64,000 nt of DNA from Eledone cirrhosa (taxonomy: Eukaryota), in assembly GCA_964016885.1 (NCBI GenBank), contig OZ024744.1, positions 18,228,001 through 18,292,000 of the forward strand, read 5' to 3'. The notes beneath the pieces are model-generated. The model saw only the letters and a program-made list of their open reading frames with translations. It was not told the DNA's origin and searched no databases. Shown one piece after another: positions 40,996-53,379 of the stretch; within the stretch, counting starts at the first letter, position 1, and every line of letters starts with the position of its first letter. The translations under genes and the position numbers were made by a program.

Positions 40996-43900
40996 ATCAC
41001 TGTATGTTTGTGTATGTCTGTGTCACTCTATATGTCACTGTATGTTTCTGTATGAATGTGTCACTGTGTATGTCAATGTGTGTTTCTGTATCTCTGTATC
41101 ACGGTGTATGTCACTGTATGTTTGTGTATGTCTGTGTGACAGTGTATGTCACTGTATGTTACAGTATGTCTGTGTCACTGTGTATGTCACTGTGTGTTTC
41201 TGTATGTCTGCGTCTCTGTGTATGTCACTGTAACGTTGTGTATCTTTGTGTCACTGTGTATGTCACTGTATCTTTGTGTATGTCTGTGTCACTGTGTATG
41301 TCATTGTGAGTTTCTGTATGTCTGTGTCACTGTGTATGTCACTGTATCTTTGTGTATGTCTGTGTCACTGTGTATGTCACTGTGTGTTTCTGTATGTCTG
41401 TGTCACTGTGTATATCACTGTATCTCTCTGTATGTCTGTGTCACTGCCTATGTCACTGTATCTTTGTGTATGTCTGTGTCACTGTATATGTCACTGTATC
41501 TTTGTGTATGTCTACGTCACTGTGTATGTCACTGTGTGTTTCTGAATGTCTGTGTCTTTGTGTATGTCACTGTACCTTTGTGTAATGTCTGTGTCACTGT
41601 GTATGTCACTGTGTGTTTCTGTATGTCTGTGTCACTGTGTATGTCACTGTGTGTTTCTGTATATCTGCGTCTCTGTATATGTCACTGTAACGTTGTGTAT
41701 CTTTGTGTCACTGTGTATGTCACTGTATCTTTGTGTATGTCTGTGTCACTGTGTATGTCATTGTGAGTTTCTGTATGTCTGTGTCACTGTGTATGTCACT
41801 GTATCTTTGTGTATGTCTGTGTCACTGTGTATGTCACTGTGTGTTTCTGTATGTCTGTGTCACTGTGTATGTCACTGTATCTCTCTGTATGTCTGTGTCA
41901 CTGCCTATGTCACTGTATCTTTGTGTATGTCTGCGTCACTGTGTATGTCACTGTGTGTTTCTGTATGTCTGTGTCTCTGTGTATGTCACTGTATCTTTGT
42001 GTATGTCTGTATCACTGTGTATGTCACTGTGTGTTTCTGTATGTCTGTGTGACTGTGTATGTCACTGTGTGTTTGTGTATGTCTGTGTCACTGTGTGTGT
42101 TTCTGTATGTCTGTGTCACTGTGTATGTCACTGTATGTTTCTGTATGTATGTGTCACTGTGTATGTCACTGTATCTTTGTGTATGTCTGTGTCACTCTGT
42201 ATGTCACTTTGTGTTTCTGTATGTCTGTGTCACTGTGTATGTCACTGTATGTTTCTGTATGTCTGTTTCACTGTGTATGTCACTGTGTGTTTCTGTATGT
42301 CTGTGTCACTCTGTATGTCACTGTATGTTTATGTATGTATGTGTCACTGTGTATGTCACAGTGTGTTTCTGTATGTCTGTGTCACTGTGTATGTCACTGT
42401 ATCTCTCTGTATGTCTGTGTCACTGTCTATGTCACTGTATCTTTGTGTATGTCTGCGTCACTGTGTATGTCACTGTGTGTTTCTGTATGGCTCTGTCTCT
42501 GTGTATGTCACTGGATCTTTGTGTATGTCTGTATCACTGTGTATGTCACTGTGTGTTTCTGTATGTCTGTTTGACTCTGTATGTCACTGTGTGTTTCTGT
42601 ATGTCTGTGTCACTGTGTATGTCACTGTGTGTTTCTGTATGTCTGTGTCACTGTCTATGTCGCTCTATGTTTCTGAATGTGTGTGTCACTGTTTATGTCA
42701 CTGTGTGTTTCTGTATGTCTGTGTCACGGTCTATGTCACTGTATGTTTGTGTGTGTCTATGTCACTGTGTATGTCACTGTGTGTTTCTGTATGTCTGTGT
42801 CACCGTGTATGTCACTGTATCTTTGTGTATGCCTGTGTCACTGTGTATGTCACTGTGTGTTTCTGTATGTCTGTGTCACTGTGTATGTCACTGTGTGTTT
42901 CTGTATGTCTGTGGCACTGTGTATGTCACTGTGTGTTTCTGTATGTCTGTGTCACTGTCTATGTCGCTGTATGTTTCTGAATGTCTGTGTCACTGTGTAT
43001 GTCACTGTGCGTTTCTGTATGTCTGTGTCACTGTCTATGTCACTGAATGTTTCTGAATGTCTGTGTCACTGTGTATGTCACTGTGTGTTTCTGTATATCT
43101 GTGTCACGGTGTATGTCACTGAATGTTTGTGTGTGTCTGTGTCACTGTGTTTGTCACTGTGTGTTTCTGTATGTCTGTGTCACCGTGTATGTCACGGTAT
43201 CTTTGTGTATGCCTGTGTCACTGTGTATGTCACTGTGTGTTTCTGTATTTCTGTGTCACTGTGTATGTCACTGTGTGTTTCTGTATGTTTGTGTCACTGT
43301 GTATGTCACTAAATGTTTGTGTGTGTCTGTGTCTCTGTGTATGTCACTGTGTGTTTGCGTGTGTCTGTGTCACTGTGTATGTCACTGTGTGTTTCTGTAT
43401 GTCTGTGTCACTGTGTATGTCACTGTGTGTTTGTGTATGTCTGTGTCACTGTATGTTTCTGAATGTCTGTGTCACTGTGTATGTCACTGTGTGTTTCCGT
43501 ATGTATGTGTCACCGTGTATGTCACTGTATCTTTGTGTATGCCTGTGTCACTGTGTATGTCACTGTGTGTTTCTATATGTCTGTGTCACTGTGTATGTCA
43601 CTGTGTGTTTCTGTATGTTTGTGTCATTTTGTATGTCACTAAATGTTTGTGTGTGTCTGTGTCTCTGTGTATGTCACTGTGTGTTTGCGTGTCTCTGTGT
43701 CACGGTGTATGTCACTGTGTGTTTCTGTATGTCTGTGTGACTGTGTATGTCACTGTGTGTTTGTGTATGTCTCTGTCACTGTGTGTGTTTCTGTATGTCT
43801 GTGTCACTGTGTATGTCACTGTATGTTTCTGTATGTATGTGTAACTGTGTATGTCACTGTATCTTTGTGTATGTCTGTGTCACTGTGTATGTCACTGTGT

Positions 43901-44336
43901 GTTTCTGTATGTCTGTGTCAATGTGTATGTCACTGTGTGTTTCTGTATGTCTGTGTCACTGTGTATGTCACTGTATGTTTATGTATGTCTGTTTCACTGT
44001 GTATGTCACTGTGTGTTTCTGTATGTCTGTGTCACTGTGTATGTCACTGTATCTCTCTGTATGTCTGTGTCACTGTCTATGTCACTGTATCTTTGTGTAT
44101 GTCTGCGTCACTGTGTATGTCACTGTGTGTTTCTGTATGTCTGTGTCTCTGTGTATGTCACTGTATCTTTGTGTATGTCTGTATCACTGTGTATGTCACT
44201 GAATGTTTGTGTGTGTCTGTGTCACTGTGTTTGTCACTGTGTGTTTCTGTATGTCTGTGTCACCGTGTATGTCACGGTATCTTTGTGTATGCCTGTGTCA
44301 CTGTGTATGTCACTGTGTGTTTCTGTATTTCTGTGT

Positions 44337-44455
44337 CATACACAGTGAAACAGACATACAGAAACATACAGTGACACAGACATACACAAACACACAGTGA
44401 CATACACAGTCACACAGACATACAGAAACACACAGTGACATACACAGTGACAAAG
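44337..44455 (-). repeat. 119 bp inverted satellite insert, copy 1 (reverse complement of 44865-44983)
   Basis: The strand composition flips to CA-rich (catacacagtgaaacagac...cacagtgacaaag). Its reverse complement matches 44865-44983 base for base, including the rare variants ctttgtcac, gtgtgactg, a 26 bp short monomer and ctgtttcac. Confidence 0.97.
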
Positions 44456-46554
44456 TGTGTATGTCACTGTATATTTGTGTATGTCTGTGTCACTGTGTAT
44501 GTCACTGTGTGTTTCTATATGTCTGTGTCACTGTCTATGTCACTGTATGTTTCTGAATGTCTGTGTAACTGTGTATGTCACTGTGTGTTTCTGTGTGTCT
44601 GTGTCACGGTGTATGTCACTGTATGTTTGTGTGTGTCTGTGTCATTGTGTATGTCACTGTGTGTTTCTGTATGTCGCTGTCACCGTGTATGTCACTGTAT
44701 CTTTGTGTATGCCTGTGTCACTGTGTATGTCACTGTGTGTTTCTGTATGTCTGTGTCACTGTGTATGTCACTGTGTGTTTCTGTATGTTTGTGTCACTGT
44801 GTATGTCACTAAATGTTTGTGTGTGTCTGTGTCTCTGTCTACGTCACTGTGTGTTTGCGTGTGTCTTTGTCACTGTGTATGTCACTGTGTGTTTCTGTAT
44901 GTCTGTGTGACTGTGTATGTCACTGTGTGTTTGTGTATGTCTGTGTCACTGTATGTTTCTGTATGTCTGTTTCACTGTGTATGTCACTGTGTGTTTCTGT
45001 ATGTATGTGTCACCGTGTATGTCACTGTATCTTTGTGTATGCCTTTGTCACTGTGTATGTCACTGTGTGTTTCTGTATGTTTGTGTCACTGTGCATGTCA
45101 CTAAATGTTTGTGTGTGTCTGTGTCTCTGTGTATGTCACTGTGTGTTTGCGTGTGTCTGTGTCACTGTGTATGTCACTGTGTGTTTCTGTATGTCTGTGT
45201 GACTGTGTATGTCACTCTGTGTTTGTGTATGTCTGTGTCACTGTGTGTGTTTCTGTATGTCTGTGTCACTGTGTATGTCATTGTATCTTTGTGTTTGTAT
45301 GTGTCACTGTGTATGTCACTGTGTGTTTGTGTATACCTGTGTCACTGTGTATGTTACTGTGAGTTTCTGTATGTCTGTGTCACTGTGTACGTCACTGTAT
45401 ATTTCTGTATGTCTGTGTCAGTGTGTATGTCACTGGGTGATTCTGTATGTATGTGTCACACTGTATATCACTGTATCTTTGTGTAGGTCTGTGTCACCGT
45501 GTATGTCACTGTATCTTTATGTATGTCTGTGTCACTGTATATGTCACTGTATCTTTGTGTATGTCTACGTCACTGTGTATGTCACTGTGTGTTTCTATAT
45601 GTCTGTGTCACCGTGTATGTCACTGTATCTTTGTGTATGCCTGTGTCACTGTGTATGTCAGTGTGTGTTTCTGTATGTCTGTGTCACTGTGTATGTCATT
45701 GTGTGTTTCTGTATGTCTGTGGCACTGTGTATGTCACTTTGTGTTTCTGTATGTCTGTGTCACTGTCTATGTCGCTGTATGTTTCTGTATGTCTGTGTCA
45801 CTGTGTATGTCACTGTGTGTTTCTGTATGTCTGTGTCACTGTCTATGTCACTGTATGTTTCTGAATGTCAGTGTCACTGTGTATGTCACTGTGTGTTTCT
45901 GTATATCTGTGTCACGGTGTATGTCACTGAATGTTTGTGTGTGTCTGTGTCACTGTGTTTGTCACTGTGTGTTTCTGTATGTCTGTGTCACCGTGTATGT
46001 CACGGTATCTTTGTGTATGCCTGTGTCACTGTGTATGTCACTGTGTGTTTCTGTATTTCTGTGTCACTGTGTATGTCACTGTGTGTTTCTGTATGTTTGT
46101 GTCACTGTGTATGTCACTAAATGTTTGTGTGTGTCTGTGTCTCTGTGTATGTCACTGTGTGTTTGCGTGTGTCTGTGTCACTGTGTATGTCACTGTGTGT
46201 TTCTGTATGTCTGTGTCACTGTGTATGTCACTGTGTGTTTGTGTATGTCTGTGTCACTGTATGTTTCTGAATGTCTGTGTCACTGTGTATGTCACTGTGT
46301 GTTTCCGTATGTATGTGTCACCGTGTATGTCACTGTATCTTTGTGTATGCCTGTGTCACTGTGTATGTCACTGTGTGTTTGTGTATGTCTGTGTCACTGT
46401 GTATGTCACTGTGTGTTTCTGTATGTTTGTGTCATTGTGTATGTCACTAAATGTTTGTCTGTGTCTGTGTCTCTGTGTATGTCACTGTGTGTTTGCGTGT
46501 GTCTGTGTCACTGTGTATGTCACTGTGTGTTTCTGTATGTCTGTGTGACTGTGT

Positions 46555-49500
46555 ATGTCACTCTGTGTTTGTGTATGTCTGTGTCACTGTGTGTGTTTCT
46601 GTATGTCTGTGTCACTGTGTATGTCATTGTATCTTTGTGTATGTATGTGTCACTGTGTATGTCACTGTATCATTGTGTATGTATGTGTCATTGTGTATGT
46701 CACTGTGTGTTTCTGTATGTTTGTGACACTGTGTATGTCACTGTGTGGTTCTGTATATCTGTGTCTCTGTGTATGTTACTTTATCTTTGTGTATGTCTGT
46801 GTCACTGTGTATGTCACTGTATCTTTGTGTATGTCTGTGTCACGGTGTATATCACTGTATGTTTGTGTATGTCTGTGTCACTCTATATGTCACTGTATGT
46901 TTCTGTATGTATGTGTCACTGTGTATGTCAATGTGTGTTTCTGTATCTCTGTGTCACGGTGTATTTCACTGTATGTTTGTGTATGTCTGTGTGACTGTAT
47001 ATGTCACTGTATGTTACAGTATGTCTGTGTCACTGTGTATGTCACTGTGTGTTTCTGTATGTCTGTGTCACTGTGTATGTCACTGTATATTTGTGTATGT
47101 CTGTGTCACTGTGTATGTCACTGTGTGTTTCTGTATGTCTGTGTCACTGTCTATGTCACTGTATGTTTCTGAATGTCTGTGTCACCGTGTATGTCACTGT
47201 ATCTTTATGTATGTCTGTGTCACTGTATATTTCACTGTATCTTTGTGTATGTCTACGTCACTGTGTATGTCACTGTGTGTTTCTGTATGTCTGTGTCTTT
47301 GTGTATGTCACTGTACCTTTCTGTATATCTGTGTCACTGTGTATGTCACTGTGTGTTTCTGTATGTCTGTGTCACTGTGTATGTCACTGTGTGTTTCTGT
47401 ATATCTGTGTCTCTGTGTATGTCACTGTAACGTTGTGTATCTGTGTCACTGTGTATGTCACTGTATCTTTGTGTATGTCTGTGTCACTGTGTATGTCACT
47501 GTGTGTTTCTGTATGTATGTGTCACGGTGTATGTCACTGTATGTTTGTGTATGTCTGTGTCACTGTGTATGTCATTGTGAGTTTCTGTATGTCTGTGTCA
47601 CTGTGTATGTCACTGTATCTTTGTGTATGTCTGTGTCACTGTGTATGTCACTGTGTGTTTCTGTATGTCTGTGTCACTGTGTATGTCACTGTATCTCTCT
47701 GTATGTCTGTGTCACTGTCTATGTCGCTGTATGTTTCTGAATGTCTGTGTCACTGTGTATGTCACTGTGTGTTTCTGTATGTCTGTGTCACGGTGTATGT
47801 CACTGTATGTTTGTGTGTGTCTATGTCACTGTGTATGTCACTGTGTGTTTCTGTATGTCTGTGTCACTGTCTATGTCACTGTATGTTTCTGAGTGTCTGT
47901 GTCACTGTGTATGTCACTGTGTCTTTCTGTATATCTGTGTCACGGTGTATGTCACTGAATGTTTGTGTGTGTCTGTGTCACTGTGTATGTCACTGTGTGT
48001 TTCTGTATATCTGTGTCACGGTGTATGTCACTGAATGTTTGTGTGTGTCTGTGTCACTGTGTTTGTCACTGTGTGTTTCTGTATGTCTGTGTCACCGTGT
48101 ATGTCACGGTATCTTTGTATATGCCTGTGTCACTGTGTATGTCACTGTGTGTTTCTGTATTTCTGTGTCACTGTGTATGTCACTGTGTGTTTCTGTATGT
48201 TTGTGTCACTGTGTATGTCACTAAATGTTTGTGTGTGTCTGTGTCTCTGTGTATGTCACTGTGTGTTTGCGTGTGTCTGTGTCACCGTGTATGTCACTGT
48301 GTGTTTCTGTATGTCTGTGTCACTGTGTATGTCACCGTGTGTTTGTGTATGTCTGTGTCATTGTGTGTGTTTCTGTATGTCTGTGTCACTGTGTATGTCA
48401 CTGTATGTTTCTGTATGTATGTGTCACTGTGTATGTCACTGTATCTTTGTGTATGTCTGTGTCACTCCGTATGTCACTGTGTGTTTCTGTATGTCTGTGT
48501 CAATGTGTATGTCACTGTGTGTTTCTGTATGTCTGTGTCACTGTGTATGTCACTGTATATTTGTGTATGTCTGTTTCACTGTGTATGTCACTGTGTGTTT
48601 CTGTATGTCTGTGTCACTCTGTATGTCACTGTATGTTTCTGAATGTTTGTGTCACTGTGTATGTCACTGTGTGTTTGCGTGTGTCTGTGTCACTGTGTAT
48701 GTCACTGTGTGTTTCTGTATGTCTGTGTGACAGTGTATGTCACTCTGTGTTTGTGTATGTCTGTGTCACTGTGTGTGTTTCTGTATGTCTGTGTCACTGT
48801 GTATGTCATTGTATCTTTGTGTATGTATGTGTCACTGTGTATGTCACTGTATCTTTGTGTATGTCTGTGTCATTTTGTATGTCACTGTGTGTTTCTGTAT
48901 GTTTGTGTCACTGTGTATGTCACTGTGTGTTTCTGTATATCTGTGTCTCTGTGTATGTTACTTTATCTTTGTGTATGTCTGTGTCACTGTGTATGTCACT
49001 GTATCTTTGTGTATGTCTGTGTCACGGTGTATATCACTGTATGTTTGTGTATGTCTGTGTCACTCTATATGTCACTGTATGTTTGTGTATGTCTGTGTGA
49101 CTGTGTATGTCACTGTATGTTACAGTATGTCTGTGTCACTGTGTATGTCACTGTGTGTTTCTGTATGTCTGCGTCTCTGTGTATGTCACTGTAACGTTGT
49201 GTATCTTTGTGTCACTGTGTATGTCACTGTATCTTTGTGTATGTCTGTGTCACTGTGTATGTCATTGTGAGTTTCTGTATGTCTGTGTCACTGTGTATGT
49301 CACTGTATCTTTGTGTATGTCTGTGTCACTGTATATGTCACTGTATCTTTGTGTATGTCTACGTCACTGTGTATGTCACTGTGTGTTTCTGAATGTCTGT
49401 GTCTTTGTGTATGTCACTGTACCTTTGTGTAATGTCTGTGTCACTGTGTATGTCACTGTGTGTTTCTGTATGTCTGTGTCACTGTGTGTTTCTGTATATC

Positions 49501-52050
49501 TGCGTCTCTGTGTATGTCACTGTAACGTTGTGTATCTTTGTGTCGCTGTGTATGTCACTGTATCTTTGTGTATGTCTGTGTCACTGTGTATGTCACTGTG
49601 TGTTTCTGTATGTCTGTGTCACTGTGTATGTCACTGTATCTCTCTGTATGTCTGTGTCACTGCCTATGTCACTGTATCTTTGTGTATGTCTGCGTCACTG
49701 TGTATGTCACTGTGTGTTTCTGTATGTCTGTGTCTCTGTGTATCTGTCACTGTATCTTTGTGTATGTCTGTATCACTGTGTATGTCACTGTGTGTTTCTG
49801 TATGTCTGTGTGACTGTGTATGTCACTGTGTGTTTGTGTATGTATGTGTCACTGTGTGTGTTTCTGTATGTCTGTGTCACTGTGTATGTCACTGTATGTT
49901 TCTGTATGTATGTGTCACTGTGTATGTCACTGTATCTTTGTGTATGTCTGTGTCACTATGTATGACACTTTGTGTTTCTGTATGTCTGTGTCAATGTGTA
50001 TGTCACTGTGTGTTTCTGTATGTCTGTGTCACTGTGTATGTCACTGTATGTTTCTGTATGTCTGTTTCACTGTGTATGTCACTGTGTGTTTCTGTATGTC
50101 TGTGTCACTCTGTATGTCACTGTATGTTTATGTATGTATGTGTCACTGTGTATGTCACAGTGTGTTTCTGTATGTCTGTGTCACTGTGTATGTCACTGTA
50201 TCTCTCTGTATGTCTGTGTCACTGTCTATGTCACTGTATCTTTGTGTATGTCTGCGTCACTGTGTATGTCACTGTGTGTTTCTGTATGGCTCTGTCTCTG
50301 TGTATGTCACTGGATCTTTGTGTATGTCTGTATCACTGTTTATGTCACTGTGTGTTTCTGTATGTCTGTTTGACTCTGTATGTCACTGTGTGTTTCTGTA
50401 TGTCTGTGTCACTGTGTATGTCACTGTGTGTTTCTGTATGTCTGTGTCACTGTCTATGTCGCTCTATGTTTCTGAATGTGTGTGTCACTGTTTATGTCAC
50501 TGTGTGTTTCTGTATGTCTGTGTCACGGTGTATGTCACTGTATGTTTGTGTGTGTCTATGTCACTGTGTATGTCACTGTGTGTTTCTGTATGTCTGTGTC
50601 ACCGTGTATGTCACTGTATCTTTGTGTATGCCTGTGTCACTGTGTATGTCACTGTGTGTTTCTGTATGTCTGTGTCACTGTGTATGTCACTGTGTGTTTC
50701 TGTATGTCTGTGGCACTGTGTATGTCACTGTGTGTTTCTGTATGTCTGTGTCACTGTCTATGTCGCTGTATGTTTCTGAATGTCTGTGTCACTGTGTATG
50801 TCACTGTGTGTTTCTGTATGTCTGTGTCACTGTCTATGTCACTGAATGTTTCTGAATGTCTGTGTCACTGTGTATGTCACTGTGTGTTTCTGTATATCTG
50901 TGTCACGGTGTATGTCACTGAATGTTTGTGTGTGTCTGTGTCACTGTGTTTGTCACTGTGTGTTTCTGTATGTCTGTGTCACCGTGTATGTCACGGTATC
51001 TTTGTGTATGCCTGTGTCACTGTGTATGTCACTGTGTGTTTCTGTGTTTCTGTGTCAGTGTGTATGTCACTGTGTGTTTCTGTATGTTTGTGTCACTGTG
51101 TATGTCACTAAATGTTTGTGTGTGTCTGTGTCTCTGTGTATGTCACTGTGTGTTTGCGTGTGTCTGTGTCACTGTGTATGTCACTGTGTGTTTCTGTATG
51201 TCTGTGTCACTGTGTATGTCACTGTGTGTTTGTGTATGTCTGTGTCACTGTATGTTTCTGAATGTCTGTGTCACTGTGTATGTCACTGTGTGTTTCCGTA
51301 TGTATGTGTCACCGTGTATGTCACTGTATCTTTGTGTATGCCTGTGTCACTGTGTATGTCACTGTGTGTTTCTGTATGTCTGTGTCACTGTGTATGTCAC
51401 TGTGTGTTTCTGTATGTTTGTGTCATTTTGTATGTCACTAAATGTTTGTGTGTGTCTGTGTCTCTGTGTATGTCACTGTGTGTTTGCGTGTGTCTGTGTC
51501 ACTGTGTATGTCACTGTGTTTCTGTATGTCTGTGTGACTGTGTATGTCACTGTGTGTTTGTGTATGTCTGTGTCACTGTGTGTGTTTCTGTATGTCTGTG
51601 TCACTGTGTATGTCACTGTATGTTTCTGTATGTATGTGTCACTGTGTATGTCACTGTATCTTTGTGTATGTCTGTGTCACTCTGTATGTCACTGTGTGTT
51701 TCTGTATGTCTGTGTCAATGTGTATGTCACTGTGTGTTTCTGTATGTCTGTGTCACTGTGTATGTCACTGTATGTTTATGTATGTCTGTTTCACTGTGTA
51801 TGTCACTGTGTGTTTCTGTATGTCTGTGTCACTGTGTATGTCACTGTATCTCTCTGTATGTCTGTGTCACTGTCTATGTCACTGTATCTTTGTGTATGTC
51901 TGCGTCACTGTGTATGTCACTGTGTGTTTCTGTATGTCTGTGTCTCTGTGTATGTCACTGTATCTTTGTGTATGTCTGTATCACTGTGTATGTCACTAAA
52001 TGTTTGTGTGTGTCTGTGTCACTGTGTTTGTCACTGTGTGTTTCTGTATG
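46555..52050 (+). repeat. Further paralogue of the 30775-36390 (and 6014-11629) block with a 114 bp (3-monomer) deletion
   Basis: The ORF offset of 15780 (30775/46555, 32863/48643) changes to 15666 (33727/49393, 35180/50846) near 49325. Confidence 0.85.
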
Positions 52051-52133
52051 TCTGTGTCACCGTGTATGTCACGGTATCTTTGTGTATGCCTGTGTCACTG
52101 TGTATGTCACTGTGTGTTTCTGTATTTCTGTGT

Positions 52134-52252
52134 CATACACAGTGAAACAGACATACAGAAACATACAGTGACACAGACATACACAAACACACAGTGACAT
52201 ACACAGTCACACAGACATACAGAAACACACAGTGACATACACAGTGACAAAG
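52134..52252 (-). repeat. 119 bp inverted satellite insert, copy 2 (reverse complement of 52662-52780)
   Basis: Same sequence and same junctions as 44337-44455, at offset 7797. Confidence 0.97.
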
Positions 52253-53379
52253 TGTGTATGTCACTGTATATTTGTGTATGTCTGTGTCACTGTGTATGTC
52301 ACTGTGTGTTTCTATATGTCTGTGTCACTGTCTATGTCACTGTATGTTTCTGAATGTCTGTGTAACTGTGTATGTCACTGTGTGTTTCTGTGTGTCTGTG
52401 TCACGGTGTATGTCACTGTATGTTTGTGTGTGTCTGTGTCACTGTGTATGTCACTGTGTGTTTCTGTATGTCGCTGTCACCGTGTATGTCACTGTATCTT
52501 TGTGTATGCCTGTGTCACTGTGTATGTCACTGTGTGATTCTGTATGTCTGTGTCACTGTGTATGTCACTGTGTGTTTCTGTATGTTTGTGTCACTGTGTA
52601 TGTCACTAAATGTTTGTGTGTGTCTGTGTCTCTGTCTATGTCACTGTGTGTTTGCGTGTGTCTTTGTCACTGTGTATGTCACTGTGTGTTTCTGTATGTC
52701 TGTGTGACTGTGTATGTCACTGTGTGTTTGTGTATGTCTGTGTCACTGTATGTTTCTGTATGTCTGTTTCACTGTGTATGTCACTGTGTGTTTCTGTATG
52801 TATGTGTCACCGTGTATGTCACTGTATCTTTGTGTATGCCTTTGTCACTGTGTATGTCACTGTGTGTTTCTGTATGTTTGTGTCACTGTGCATGTCACTA
52901 AATGTTTGTGTGTGTCTGTGTCTCTGTGTATGTCACTGTGTGTTTGCGTGTGTCTGTGTCACTGTGTATGTCACTGTGTGTTTCTGTATGTCTGTGTGAC
53001 TGTGTATGTCACTCTGTGTTTGTGTATGTCTGTGTCACTGTGTGTGTTTCTGTATGTCTGTGTCACTGTGTATGTCATTGTATCTTTGTGTTTGTATGTG
53101 TCACTGTGTATGTCACTGTGTGTTTGTGTATACCTGTGTCACTGTGTATGTTACTGTGAGTTTCTGTATGTCTGTGTCACTGTGTACGTCACTGTATATT
53201 TCTGTATGTCTGTGTCAGTGTGTATGTCACTGGGTGATTCTGTATGTATGTGTCACACTGTATATCACTGTATCTTTGTGTAGGTCTGTGTCACCGTGTA
53301 TGTCACTGTATCTTTATGTATGTCTGTGTCACTGTATATGTCACTGTATCTTTGTGTATGTCTACGTCACTGTGTATGT

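Noticed and set aside
44337-44455. Inverted insert as a RAG-mediated inversion or signal joint
   Set aside because: Neither junction lies at a heptamer border and no CACTGTGCACAGTG head-to-head fusion is present. The segment is a copy of downstream sequence, not a reciprocal inversion.
44337-44983. MITE or DNA transposon with 119 bp terminal inverted repeats
   Set aside because: Both arms and the interior are ordinary satellite monomers, the right arm is seamlessly collinear with paralogues lacking the left arm (57362 onward), and there is no distinct target-site duplication.
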